This document shows, in pieces, positions 1 to 12,776 of a DNA stretch of 64,000 nt (within the stretch, counting starts at the first letter, position 1; each line of letters begins with the position of its first letter). The stretch covers positions 104,408,001 through 104,472,000 of the forward strand of contig OX597819.1 in the NCBI GenBank assembly GCA_951406725.2. The letters run 5' to 3'. The position numbers and the translations under genes were made by a program. Origin of the DNA: Octopus vulgaris. Taxonomy: Eukaryota. The notes below the pieces were generated by a model, which saw nothing but the letters and a program-made list of their open reading frames with translations, was not told the origin of the DNA and ran no database searches.

Positions 1-10
1 CCTCCTCCTC

Positions 11-121
<111 letters not shown>

Positions 122-1387
122 GCTGACATCAATATTATTAAATAAATCTTCATTATTATTATGATGATCATTTTTTCTTCTTGACCTTTCTTTCTTTCTT
201 TCTTTCTTTCTTGTTCTTGCACAACGTCTTCCTCACCCTATCTCTACTTTTCCCCTTTTTCTCCACTTCCCGCCCCTTCTTCTCCACGTCTTCTTCCCAT
301 TATTATCATAATTGCGATCATCATATTCACTCCTCTCCCTTCTCCCAAACATTCACTCTCCTACCATTATGTTACAGCAATAAACTAATTATATACATAA
401 TTTGTGGAACAATTAACAACAAACAACAACTGTAAACAAATATTAAACAATAACAATAAACAATAACAACCAAGTTGAAGAGAAATACATAATTAACATC
501 AAAAATACATAATTAAAAACTGCTAAAATATAATCTCATGATTGCAGACTAATTAATTAATAATTAAACACAACCGCAGACATCATAATTGCGATTATAA
601 TTATGTTTTCCGCCTTTGATTATTATAATTTTTTGATATTGTTTTATTGATGCTGTTGTAATTGTTGTTGTTGTTATGCTTCTTTTTTATTGTGTGTTGC
701 TGTAGATTAAGCTTTTGTTGTATTGATGTTGTTGAGTTAAGCTCTTCTTGTTGCTGTTGTTAATATTATTGATGTCTGTTGTAGTTGTTAATGTTGTTTC
801 TGATGTTGATATTTTTTCATGGTGTTCGTATTGATGTTTATAATGTTGACATAGATGTTGGTGTGTTCTTGTGTTATTGGATGTTTTGTTTTTTAATATT
901 ATTTTGATGTGGATGTTGTTGATGTTTTTTAATATTATTTTGATGTGGATCTTCTTGAAGTTGTTTTGTTAATGCTGCTCTCACTATTAGCGTTGATGTT
1001 GATTTGTGATGTTGTTGCTGTTATCCTTATTGTTGGTATGTTCTTGTGTCCTTGAGTTGTTGATATCATACTGTGTTGCTATTGTTGTTGATGATGGTAT
1101 TGTGCACATTTTTGTTTGTTGTTGATATTATAGTTGTTGTGCTCTTGTATTATTATTATTGTCTTTGTGTTGTGTTTTGTATTGTGTTGCTCATTTTGAC
1201 GTTACATTGTTTTATCTCATTAAGTGTTTGCTGTGTCTATGTTGTATTATGGTGCATTTTTTGTTAGCCGCATATATTATTATTATCATTCAGTAGTTTT
1301 ATTTTTATAGCGTGCTTTCACTTCACTGCCGAGCGCAGCTCTGTGTGCCTTGGGTATGTGCTGTGATTTGTTGTGATGCTCTGATGG

Positions 1388-2430
1388 TTATTGTATGGAA
1401 AGTCTTCTGCGTAGGATATGTGCAGTGCCTAGTAGTGCAATTTTCTGTATGTTATATGTGTTTGTAAGTCCTGGTGTTTTTGTTATGTATTTGTCTGAAT
1501 ATTTTTTATCATGCCTAATGCAACTACTATGATAGGAATTGTTTCTGTTTTTAGATTCCACATTCTGGTTACCTCTATTTCCAGGTCTTTATATTTTGAA
1601 AGTTTCTCCATTTCTTTTAGAGGCACGTTGTCATCTGCCGGTATAGATACATCAATTAGAAAGCATTTTTTTCTTCATGATCTCTGACAACTATATCTGG
1701 TCTGTTGGCCTTAATTTCTCTATCTGTGTGTATCGGAATATCCCAGAGTATGGTTGCTTTCTCGTTTTCTGTGACCTTTTCTGGTGTGTGCCTATACCTT
1801 CTTTTTTCTGTTGTTATTCCATAATGTTGGCATAGCTTCCAGTGTATGTAGGTTCCAACTCTGTCATGTCTGTGAATATATTCCTTCTTAGCCAGGACTG
1901 GGCAGCCAAAGATAATATGATTTATTGTTTCTTGTCCATCTCCACATATTCTGCAGTTACTTGTTATATTTCTTTTCATTACATGTTTTTGGTAATTTCT
2001 GGTGGGTAGGCTTTGGTCTTGTGCTGCAATTAAGAATCCCTCTGTCTCTGCTTTGAGTCCTGAGCCTCTCAACCATTGCTGGGATTTTTCTTTGTCTATT
2101 TCTTTTGCATTTAGTTTGGTCCAGTATTTACCATGAAGGGGCTTTTCTTGCCATCGTTTTATCATGGTTCTTTGCTGTTCTAGTTTTAGTTTGGATTTCA
2201 TTTGTTTTATAGCTTTTGTTGTTTCTTCTTCTTCTTCTTCTTCTTCTTCTTCTTCTTCTTCTTCTTCTTCTTCTTCTTCTTCTTCTTCTTCTTCTTCTTC
2301 TTCTTCTTCTTCATATTTATTAGGTGGTATGATTTCTTGTTTGTATTTGTCAGCATCCTTAAATACTGAGAACAGTTTTTTGTTTTGCTCGTGTTTTGCC
2401 GCTATTTGTATCAGTTTTCCTTCCTTCTGA
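1388..2430 (-). pseudogene. Family A linker (poly-Glu), CCHC zinc finger and restriction-like endonuclease
   Basis: LKAETEGFLIAAQDQ, CRICG, RHD, RPD motifs; one-base frameshift in the T-run near 1666. Confidence 0.88.
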
Positions 2431-2664
2431 AGTAGATATTTTTACAGTCCTATGGTGGTTATTTTATAGTAGTTTTCCAGCTGTATAAGGCCTCTACCAC
2501 CTTCTATACGTTGTATATATAGTCTTTCTATGTCAGATTTTGGGTGATGCATCCTAGATCCTGTCATTATTTTTCTTGTTTTCCTATCTATTTTGGTCAG
2601 TTCATTTAGTTAAGGATATTGTAGCTGTAACTTATAACTGGGACAGCTAAAGTGTTAATACCTA

Positions 2665-3824
2665 TTATCTTGTTTTTAGCATTGAACTCTGTTTTTTGTA
2701 TTGATCTAACTCGTCTATAATATTCTTTTTTATTTTCTCTTTCATTTGTGTGTGTTGTGTCTTATCTAGTTCATGGATTCCTAAGTATTTGTAAGTTTGG
2801 CTTTGGTCTAATTCTTTTATTTCATTGGTTTTATTTAGTGTGATGTTGCTACTCTTAACTAGTTTTCTTCTTTTCAGGGTTACTTTGGCGCATTTTTCTA
2901 ATCCAAATTTCATATCTATTTCTTTGGTAAATCCATGAACTGTCTTTAATAGTGTTTCCAGCTGTTTGTCATTTGCAGCGTATAGTTTTAGGTCATCCAT
3001 ATATAAAAGGTGGCTGATCGTTTTGCCGTAACATTTATATCCGCATCCAGTTCTATTTAGCATATCAGATAGAGGTGACAGTGCCAAGCAGAAAAGGAGT
3101 GGAGAGAGCGTATCTCCCTGGAATATTCCTCTTCTAATGGGGATGTCTTTGGTTTTCATGAGTCCCTCTTTTGTTTGGAGCTGTAGCACTGTTTGCCATT
3201 TATTCATAGAGTGTCCTATGAATTTTATAATTGTTGGTGCTACTTTGTTAATGGCTAGTGTTTCGAGGATCCATGTGTGGGGGTGCTATCAAACGCCTTT
3301 CTGTAGTCAATCCAGGCCATACTGAGGCTTTTCTTCTTTCTGTGGCTGTCTTCAGTTATGACTTTTTTAATCATTTGTTGATCTTTACAGCCATATGAGC
3401 CTTTGCGGCATCCTTTCTGCTCTTCTGGAAACAGGTTGTTTTCGTTCAGGTGCTTGTTCAACCTTTGCGATATCACTGCAGTAAATGCCTTGTACATTGT
3501 AGGGAGACAGGTTATTGGTCTGTAGTTTTCTGGTTTTGCTGTCTCATTTGATATGGGAATTAAGATGGTTTTCCCCTTCGTGAGCCATTCAGGCATTGTC
3601 TCTGGCTCTGCTAGTATGTTTTTAAAGTTTTCAGCCAGCTTTTTGTACATTCCAGTTAGATATTTCAACCAAAAGTTGGGGATCTTGTCATGCCCAGGTG
3701 CCTTCCAGTTGCTTAGTCTTTGCAGTGCCTGGGTGACCTCTTCAGTTGTTATGGGGGTCCATAACAATGCTGAGTTTGTTGTTTTAATACTCCTTTTTTT
3801 TTTGGTTGTTCGTTCGCCGACCAT
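2665..3824 (-). pseudogene. Family A reverse transcriptase (frameshifted)
   Basis: ORFs 3255-3824 and 2665-3207 carry the RT motifs, including YMDDLKLY. Confidence 0.92.
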
Positions 3825-4372
3825 ATTTCTCTCCAGAATTCTTCCACTTCTTCTGCCGTTGGTGCTGCAGTGATTTCTATTTTATTTTGCCAAGTTCTTG
3901 GTAGAACTTTTGGGGTTGGAGTTGAACTTTTTGTTTTGTTCAAAGAAGCGCTGGCGTTTCTCGTACCGCGGATCCTTTGTGCTTTGGCAAGGATATCTTG
4001 CTTCAGCTTTTCTTTTATCTCAGGTAAATCCTTTTCTGTGATGTATTTGCGGAGTATTTTTGTTTTCTTTTTGTTGCTCAGTAGCGTTGATTGTCTACTG
4101 ATTTCATTAAGAATCGACAGATCTTTTCTCATTTTTTGTGTTTTGCTTTGGTTGTTATTTATCCACAGGGTTTGTTTGGGTGGTGGTACTCCTGTTTGGA
4201 TAGGTTTGAGTGAGTATCCAGCTTCTTTTGTGGCTGCAGTGGCTGCTGCGTATACTAAGTCATTTAGCTCAGTGATATCGCTTTTTGTTTCAGTGGCTAT
4301 TAGTTCCGTGACGGCTAGGTTTATGCTGTTTATAATTGGTGTTGTTGTTTCGTCTATTTTGATTTTTGGGAG

Positions 4373-5209
4373 CTATGGTCGGTGGTCCATTTTGAGCTCT
4401 GTGGTTTTTAGTTCTTTGATTATTCTACTTTTTATATTATCATAATCATTAGGCTCCCCTTCGTTGTTTCCAGGTTTTAGATTTGTGTCGCTTTCGTTCT
4501 CATTTTTATGTTTGTTTGTCGTGTTTTGGCTTGCTGTTTGTCGTGTATTATTATGCATTCTTACGGTCTGGGTTTGTTGTTTTTTGTTTACATCGTGTTT
4601 GTTGGGAATGTTACGTTTGTCTTCGTGTTTTACTGTTTCAGTGTTTATATTGTTGGGCATTGTTGTGTGGCTTCTATCTACATTTTCCTGATATATTTTT
4701 TCTTTTAGATGTTCTATTTCTATTTCTGATATTTTTTTTGCTTTGAGAATGTATCTTCGTATGTTAGCTGGTTTATTAGGGTTCATTGCTGTATCCAAGT
4801 CTATATTTATGTTATTTTCCTTCCATATTTTATATGTATGTGTTGTTGTGTTTTCATTTTTTTGGTAGAGCACTGCTGTGAAGTAAGCGTGTAGAATAGA
4901 AATGTATTCCTCACGTGTCCATTTATGTCTTTTGAGTTTTATTTGCGGGACATTAGGAACAACGTCCGGCCCATTATTTTGACGGTCGTCATTTTCGTAG
5001 GGTACCGGTCCGTTCATTTCTGTTGTCACATTGTTTTGCACGTGTAGTTTTTCGTACATTTTGTGTTGTAAGTTTAAAGTGCGTACTTCCCGATTGTTAT
5101 TCTTGGGTTGAATAATATCGGTGTTGTTTAATTTCTTCGTAGTTTTTTTGTACATGGTGTTTGGGGTCGGGGATGATCTGGTGTTGATGGATCGTAATGT
5201 ACCACGCAT
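4373..5209 (-). pseudogene. Family A N-terminal region (Myb-like KWTREE motif)
   Basis: 278-aa ORF; KRHKWTREEYISILHAYF resembles family B KEKWTREDNKEVLAAFY. Confidence 0.75.
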
Positions 5210-5428
5210 GTTTACATGTGTTGTGTTAGAGGTGGAGATGATATCGAGTTAAAATACATCATTTCGTTTCGAAAATAGTAATAAATTTCAATGAGAATTA
5301 CTTACTCGGATATAGTCCAATCCTTTGTTAGTAAATTTTTGGCTCCATACGATGTCTTTGTTTTCGATGTTTGTGGATAGAATTCGGGGCTCTGTTTTAT
5401 CGTTCTCACATCTTAAACGTCCCCGGTG

Positions 5429-5659
<231 letters not shown>

Positions 5660-6157
5660 GAGTGACAGAGCAGTGCATGCCATCAAAGTGACAGTGGGGT
5701 AAAATACACGAAGTCCCAGTATATCCTTCATGACTACACGTCTGATAAGGGTACACCAGGCACATGCATCACAGTCATATCTGCACAACATGGTGATCTC
5801 GTATCAAGATAAACAGCGTATGACCTTGCAGGTGGTGCCCAGTTAGAATTTTCTTCTGGTCGAGTAGTCCATCCCGCTCAAAAGGTCCCTGAATAATATC
5901 TGTTTAAGGATGTTGAACGAAACACACATCTTTCCAGGGGTGAATTATTTAAACCCCAATGAATTCCTCTCAACACATGGCTATGATACTCCTGCACTAC
6001 TTCTATTCATGATCAGGGATGCACATATCGTCAACCACTAGGTGACAAGATCAACTGGTTAAGGTCAAGCGACTGACAAGCAAATCTGTGGTATTGAACA
6101 GAATATTTGCTGTAGCTCATCTTTCATACCAAGACAAAACAATGTACATGATAACAC
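5660..6157 (-). mobile_element. ~557-bp non-coding TAA-associated element, copy 1 (5'-truncated)
   Basis: Homologous to 28244-28800, 36111-36575 and 42079-42366; same fixed end at gagtga(g/c)agagcagtgcatg. Confidence 0.85.
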
Positions 6158-6290
6158 ATTACTATAATCATCATCGTGTATTTACTCTTGATATCCTTGT
6201 TGATGCTCATTTGTATATCGAATTGTATCTTCTTCTTCTTCTTCTTCTTCTTCTTCTTCTTCTTCTTCTTCTTCTTCTTCTTCTTCTTCT

Positions 6291-6415
6291 TTACCTTTCA
6301 TTCTTTCGGGTCGATGAATTAAGTACTAGTGAACTAGTGAAACACTGGGTGTCGATGTAATCAATTAGTTTCCTCTCACCAAGTTTTCAGGTCTTGTGCC
6401 TTACGTAGAAAGGAT
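6291..6415 (+). mobile_element. Meta-core SINE, 5'-truncated, followed by (TTC)n
   Basis: cctttcattctttcgggtcgatgaattaagtac core and cttgtgcc..tagaaagga tail. Confidence 0.75.
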
Positions 6416-6541
6416 TCTTCTTCTTCTTCTTCTTCTTCTTCTTCTTCTTCTTCTTCTTCTTCTTCTTCTTCTTCTTCTTCTTCTTCTTCTTCTTCTTCTT
6501 CTTCTTCTTCTTCTTCTTCTTCTTCTTCTTCTTCTTCTTCT

Positions 6542-6636
6542 ATTCAAATAACACCGAGCTCAACTTGGCCTCTCCTACTTTCGGAGTCGATAAAATAAGT
6601 ACCATTCGAATTCTGTGGTCGACTTACTCTCTCCCA
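6542..6636 (+). mobile_element. Degraded Meta-core SINE fragment
   Basis: ttcaaat..ctttcggagtcgataaaataagtacc. Confidence 0.55.
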
Positions 6637-6649
6637 CGATACTACAGTG

Positions 6650-7665
6650 GAGATTTATATTCAATGAACTGACATAAAAAGAAAGTAGAAAGTGCACATG
6701 GTATGCAATAAAAGAGAAAGAAAATATACATAATATACATCAGATAAAAAAAGAAAAATTCAAAGAGGATGATGGTCAGATTCCCCTGATACAGGAATTC
6801 TAGAAACACTCATCGAAACCTCACCATCAAAGATCTCTCTGAACACCAACGGCAAGTACTTACACCTGTTCTCTAACTCACAGGTCTATACTCAGTGTGG
6901 TACCATTCACTGTTGCCATTTTTGCAACTTCCACCAACCTTTTAATAAATTCACCCGAGGACAGTACCTCCTTACCCACCCTCACTCTCCTTTTCAATTC
7001 GAACTTCGAAAAGTCGATGAAGGTTCTACCAAAGAGGAATGTCTCTGTCCTCGAGCATTTCAACCTCGCCCACTCCGCCAGACGAACTTGCCTGTTAGAT
7101 TAACAGAGGGTGACGGGACAATCAACACTGAGGACTCGACCGATAAACGGGTCCGTCCCACATGTGACAACAACCGTTAGACATAACTCCGTAAGGCAAC
7201 AATGCTCAGACATCGAACAAATGCATATAGAACAGCATCGTCGATTTGCATACATCGAACAAGCCCGTCTGACAAGAAATCCGTGTCTGCAGAGTTTATT
7301 TCAACCGGTAGCGCACCCTGGTATTATTGCCGAGCCAAAGACTTCTGGAAATAACTCATGGTAGTCCCCAACTACAGACTAGCCAGTTCACTTTCCTCGA
7401 GACCCAGAGTCCCCCCGAGAACTCGTCCCACTTCCTTTCCACTAATCCTCTATATATTGCTAAAGTGGTGACATCTGCCAGTCCCATTGCCCGATGAAGG
7501 CTGTGAGCGCATGACAACAGTCGGTGTATCATGTGCTCAGTCTTATTCTTTCCTTCACCCAGGGCTGCCGGTAGACGTGCCTCGCAAACTGAGCCCACAC
7601 ACGTTCACCGTCCAGAATTCGTTGACGCAACATCAGCACCTGTCTGCGCATCAGAATCCCCCACT
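6650..7665 (-). mobile_element. Tx1/L1-like LINE, ORF2 3' remnant
   Basis: C-terminal peptide FIDFSKFELKRRVRVGKEVLSSGEFIKRLVEVAKM resembles the remnants near 41.1k and 50.7k; U-rich 3' UTR. Confidence 0.6.
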
Positions 7666-7814
7666 CATGATGTGTGCGTGCGTGTGTCGGTGTGTGGGGT
7701 GTGTGTATATGAGCGTGTGTGTGTGTGTGTGTATGAGTTAGTGAATGTATGTATGTGTGTGTGCGCGCGCGTGAGTGCGTATGTTTGTGTATGTGCTTCT
7801 AAATGTTGTTATTT

Positions 7815-8030
7815 CATGGGTGCACGGACGCATGAAATAACAACTGATAGATGGGTTACTATAGCAGGGAACAGCAGCATATGGAAATATCTAGTTAACC
7901 TCATACAAGAGAGCTGGAAGTCTCGTAATATAGAGAACTCCACTAAACCTACTCTAGAAACCACGCGGCGGTGTTAAACTTGAGGATAAATCAGGTCTAC
8001 CACTCAGGTACTGTCTGACAGCCTTGCTTC
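7815..8030 (+). mobile_element. Possible degraded RTE LINE 3' fragment
   Basis: EITTDRWVTIAGNSSIWKYLV resembles the RTE C-terminal W..A.DR..WR..V pattern. Confidence 0.25.
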
Positions 8031-8469
8031 CAACTACTCAACTTTAAACATAATTCTTCGATCGATTCAAAGTGAATGTAAAAAAAAATACAGAACAAAA
8101 ACCCCACAGGACAATAAAAAAAAACTCCGCCGAAACCGGTGTGGCCATTGTGGGAATAGAATGCTGAATCCCGTTGTTATGAAGAGAACTTCTTTACCAC
8201 GTGACCATCCATGTGCCCGCAATTAACTGTTGTTATATTGTTGTTGTTGTTATAATTATTATGCTGGTTTTGTGTTGGTTATTATTATTGTATTTTTTAT
8301 TGTTGCTTCTTATTTATTGTTCGCCTATTTGTTTATTTGTTTGTAGTTGTTTGTAAGTGTTAATCAATTTCCACTAATTATTGTAGCCCTGTTGTTGATT
8401 AACAAATGTCATATTTTAAGTGATTGAAAACGAAACAGCTTATTGTTTGTGACAGAATTTCCTTGCGTT

Positions 8470-9320
8470 GAAGTGGTGGGATGTGGTGGTGGTAGAGTGA
8501 GTGCAGTATTGGTGTTGATGGTGGTGGTGGTGTTGATGGTGGTGGTATCGTTGATAGTGGTGATGGTAGTGGTAATACTAGTGGTGGTAGTGTTAGTTTG
8601 GCGATGGTATTGGGGTTAGTAGTGTTAGTGATGTTGTTAGTACTGGTAATAGTGGTGATGGTGATGGTGGTGGTAGGTGCTGATGGTAGTATTGGTTGTG
8701 GTGATGATGATGATGCTGATAATGGTATTGGGGTTACTGGTATTTTGTGATGCTGGTATTTAGTTGTGTTGGTGGTGGTGGTGATGTTGATGTTGTTGTT
8801 GATGGCGATGGTTGTGTTGATAGTGATGGTGCTGACCGACATGTAGGTGGCAGTGATGGGGCTGCTGATGGTAGTATTGGTAGCGGTTTTTAGTGATTAG
8901 TGGCAATGGTTTTAGTGACAGTGTTGTTGGTATGAGTGAAAGTAGTGGTGATGGTGGTATTAAGATTTGATGTCGGTGATGGTGATCGTGATATAGGTGA
9001 TATAAAGGGTAGTATAAGTGACGATGATGGTGGTGGTGATGGTAGAGGTGATGAAGATGGTGGCGATGGTGGTAATGATGGTGGTGACGATGGCTATGTG
9101 CAGGTGATACTGGTGACGATGGTAGTGGTGATGGTGGTGATGATGGTGATAGTGAAGGTCGTGGTGACGGTGTTGGCGATGATGACATAGATGGTAGTGG
9201 TGATGGTGATATTGGTGATGGTGATGGTGATATTAGTGATTGTGGTATTGATGGCGATGGTTGTATAGATGACAATGATGGTATCATGAGTGGAGGTGGT
9301 GTCGGTGAAGAAGACATTCT
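8470..9320. repeat. Degenerate (GGT/GAT)n triplet low-complexity tract
   Basis: Direct reading. Confidence 0.85.
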
Positions 9321-9640
9321 CTTATCACCTATGTAGGAGAAGGGGTAGTGTATGCATGGCTCTTTCCAAGGCCCTTAAGACTAATGGAACGGTGAAAGGT
9401 TTTCTTAATCTGGAGAGGTAGTCCGCTTACCTGTAACAGAGAGGATTCCAGTAAAGTCACTGAGGCGGTGGAGTGAAACTGTCCGGTGGTGGTCTGTTGT
9501 GGTGTGAGTAATGATCAGCGTGTTGGTGCTCTCGGTAGCGGCAACAACGACAGTGGTGATGGTAGTGGTATTGCTGTTGGTGATATTAGTCATAGCGATG
9601 TTTTTGATGGTGATGGTTGATGATGCTATTGGCTGTTGCA

Positions 9641-10150
9641 GGGCGGCGAATGGCAGAAACGTTAGCACGCCGGGCGAAATGCTTATCGGTATTTCCTCTG
9701 CCGTTACGTTCTGAGTTCAAATTTCGCCGAGGTCGACTTTGCCTTTCATCCTTTCGGGGTCTATTAAATAAGTACCAGTTACTCACTGGGGTCGATATAA
9801 TCTACTTAATACGTTTGTTTGTCCTTGTTTGTTCTCTCTGTGTTTAGCCCCTTGTGGGTAATAAAGAAATAGGTATTTCGTCTGCAGTTACGTTCTGAGT
9901 TCAAATTCCGCCGAGGTCGACTTTGCCTTTCATCCTTTCGGGGTCGATTAAATAAGTACCAGTTACGCACTGGGATCGATATAATCGATTTAATCCGTCT
10001 GTCTGTCCTTGTTTGTCTCCTCTGTGTTTATCCCACTGTGGGTAGTAAAGAAATAGGTATTTCGTCTGTTTATAGTTTCTGAGTTCAAATTCTACCGAGA
10101 TCGACTTTGCCTTTCAACCTTTCAGGGTCGAAAAATTAAGTACCATTACT
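9641..10150 (+). mobile_element. tRNA-type Meta-core SINE with two tandem internal ~184-bp re-iterations
   Basis: A-box tggcagaaacg, B-box gagttcaaatt, core gcctttcatcctttcggggtcga; units restart at ~9871 and ~10055. Confidence 0.85.
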
Positions 10151-10161
10151 GACACCCCACC

Positions 10162-10289
<128 letters not shown>

Positions 10290-10928
10290 TAAAAACTGAA
10301 TGAACTTGACGATTAGTGAAGCTGGTAATGGTGAAGGTGGTGGTGGAGATTGTTGTTCTACTGGTTGTGATGATGGTAATGTTTCTGGTGATGGTAGAAG
10401 TATTGGGGCTACTAGTCTTTGGTGATGTTGGTAATCAATAAGAAACATTATATTGAAAGGCATGTATGCTCCCCATTGTTTAATGTAATTATAAATTTCT
10501 CAACATGCTTAAAACTTAAACTACAAAGGATTCTCTCCCCGCCTCCGTAGCAACAGCAGTCGCGTAAGCTACGTATTTATACATACATACATGCATACAT
10601 ATGTGTATATGTGTGTGTGTGTGCGTATATGCATGTGTTTGAAATAATTTCTGTAGCTGTCCAGGGATCAATGTATTTGTGTATGTATTTATTGTGAAAG
10701 CTTCACGAATATAGCAATCAATCTAATCATAAAAAATTATAGTAATTAAATAAAAAGAACTCAAGAGCAAAAGAAAATACTGAAAGAAAAATAATAAACT
10801 TCGCTCGATGTAGAAAATATGAGAGCCCTTCCTCACCACACTACACAGCAATAATAATAACATTTAAAATTCATAAACGTTGTAATGTTTTGCTGTGTAT
10901 GTATTTCAATATTTTCTGACGAAAGTTT

Positions 10929-11180
10929 GGGCGGCGAGCTGGCAGAAACGTTAGCACGCCAGGCGAAATGCTTAGCGGTATTTCGTCTGCCGTTGCGTTC
11001 TGAGTTCAAATTCCGCCGAGGTCGACTTTGCCTTTCATCCTTTCGGGGTCGATAAATTATGCACCAGTTGCGCACTGGGGTCGATGTAATCTACTTAAGT
11101 CCTTTGTCTGTCCTTGTTTGTCCCCCCCCCCCCCCCCAAAAAAAAAATTTCGAGCCTTGTGCCAAGAGTAGAAAAGAATA
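10929..11180 (+). mobile_element. Meta-core SINE, full length
   Basis: ggcggcgagctggcagaaacgttagc head, B-box, core and tail. Confidence 0.88.
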
Positions 11181-11198
11181 TTTTCGGACCAAATTTTG

Positions 11199-11390
11199 GG
11201 TGGCGAAATGGCATAATCGTTACATCGCTGGGCAAAATACTTAGCAGTATTTCGTCCGTCTCCATGTTCTCAGTTCAAATGTAGCCAGTATTGACTTTGC
11301 CTCCTGTCCTTTAGGTGTCAATAAAGTAAGTACCAGCTGAGTACCAATTTCTCCCGAAAATACCGGACTTTTGCCAAAATTTTAAATCAG
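11199..11390 (+). mobile_element. Older Meta-core SINE
   Basis: Diverged head, cagttcaaat, ataaagtaagtaccag. Confidence 0.65.
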
Positions 11391-11536
11391 TAAATTCTGA
11401 CCAAAATTATTGGGGAGTTTGTCAGAGAATTACGTGAGGAAAAGATTTACCGAAAGTTAAGTCTTTTCGGTCCTGTTTATTTCCCCCATATATTTCATAT
11501 ATATGTTTATGTATGTATGCATGTATGAATGTATGC

Positions 11537-11567
<31 letters not shown>

Positions 11568-11596
11568 TGTATGTATGTATACTCATATATATATAC

Positions 11597-11641
<45 letters not shown>

Positions 11642-11984
11642 GTGTGTGTGTTTAGGTGTGCATGTATGTATTTAAGACGTACGAACCCACGACGTTAGCC
11701 TTGTCAGCGGGTATCTATCCATCTATCAATTTATCAACATATACATATATATATATGAAGCATGTGTGAATTAGGTTCGTTGTTCATGCGTCTATTTGCA
11801 GACACAAGCGTGTGTGCGTGTGTGTCTCTGTGTGTGTGTTGAGCACGCACGCGCTTGTTTATCTAATTAGAGATGACATGTCTCGTATATTTTCTGTAGG
11901 ATAATTATAAGAACAGCATAAACATGAATTTTACCGATAAAAAATATTTTATGTGTCTGAAAACCGAGTTTAATTTGTCTTTAT

Positions 11985-11999
11985 GTATATGTATGTGTG

Positions 12000-12034
<35 letters not shown>

Positions 12035-12039
12035 ATATA

Positions 12040-12137
<98 letters not shown>

Positions 12138-12162
12138 CATACATATACATACATATATATAT
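11985..12162. repeat. (TA)n/(TG)n compound microsatellite
   Basis: Direct reading. Confidence 0.9.
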
Positions 12163-12442
12163 AGTATGTATGCATTTATATATCTATATACTTATACATA
12201 TTTCTACCTATAATGCTATTATAGGTTTAAAGTATTCACCTCGTTTATATGATGTAATATGTATTATGTCAAAGACATTTGATATGTCCTGTCACTCTAA
12301 TCTCTGGCGATGAGTGAACTCTTCTAAGAATGACTGTGACGTTAAGAAATTCGTCTCATATCTACGTTATTCCAAGATTGATCCCACCTTAAAGGAACTT
12401 CTGCATGCATCATTTTCCATAGTCTTGAGTTAACAATGTGGC

Positions 12443-12522
<80 letters not shown>

Positions 12523-12526
12523 ACAC

Positions 12527-12690
12527 ACGGGACGGGCTTCTTTCAGTTTCCCGATCCGCTCACAAGGATTTGGTCAACCAGAGACTATAGTAGAAGACAC
12601 TTGACCTAGGGTGGTGCCACGCAGTGGGACTGAATCCAGAAGCATGTGATTGGAAAGCAAGTTCCCTACTACACAGACTCTCCTGTGCCT
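12527..12690 (-). mobile_element. CORE-like tRNA SINE (left monomer)
   Basis: Reverse complement of 47111-47258 (ttcagtcccactgcgtggcacc..caagtgtcttctactat). Confidence 0.75.
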
Positions 12691-12731
12691 ATATATATAT
12701 ATACATATACATATATATGTATGTATGTACG

Positions 12732-12776
<45 letters not shown>

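Larger units (their letters stand above)
1291..5428 (-). mobile_element. Near full-length R4/Dong-like RLE non-LTR retrotransposon (family A)
   Basis: Collinear minus-strand ORF pieces: KWTREEY N-terminus, RT (KAPGHD, NYRPITCL, GIFQGDTLSPLLFC, YMDD), CCHC finger (CRICG..HII.GC), RLE (RPDIVV..LIDVSIP), C-terminal ALLGTAHILR with stop at 1388-1390. 3' end abuts an AAT repeat; 5' end abuts (GAA)n/(AAT)n. Confidence 0.92.

Noticed and set aside
3870-4445. Plus-strand ORFs overlapping the RLE elements (also 28973, 31829, 33271)
   Set aside because: They are antisense shadows of the minus-strand retrotransposon ORFs.
5330-5428. HDV-like ribozyme at the family A 5' end
   Set aside because: Only a gggg/cccc pairing is visible; there is no P3/L3/P1.1 pattern.
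8399-9317. Pro/Ser/Thr/His-rich mucin-like ORFs
   Set aside because: Degenerate GGT/GAT triplet tract that is open in several frames on both strands.
9641-9730. tRNA genes
   Set aside because: The A/B boxes belong to SINE heads; no cloverleaf can be built.
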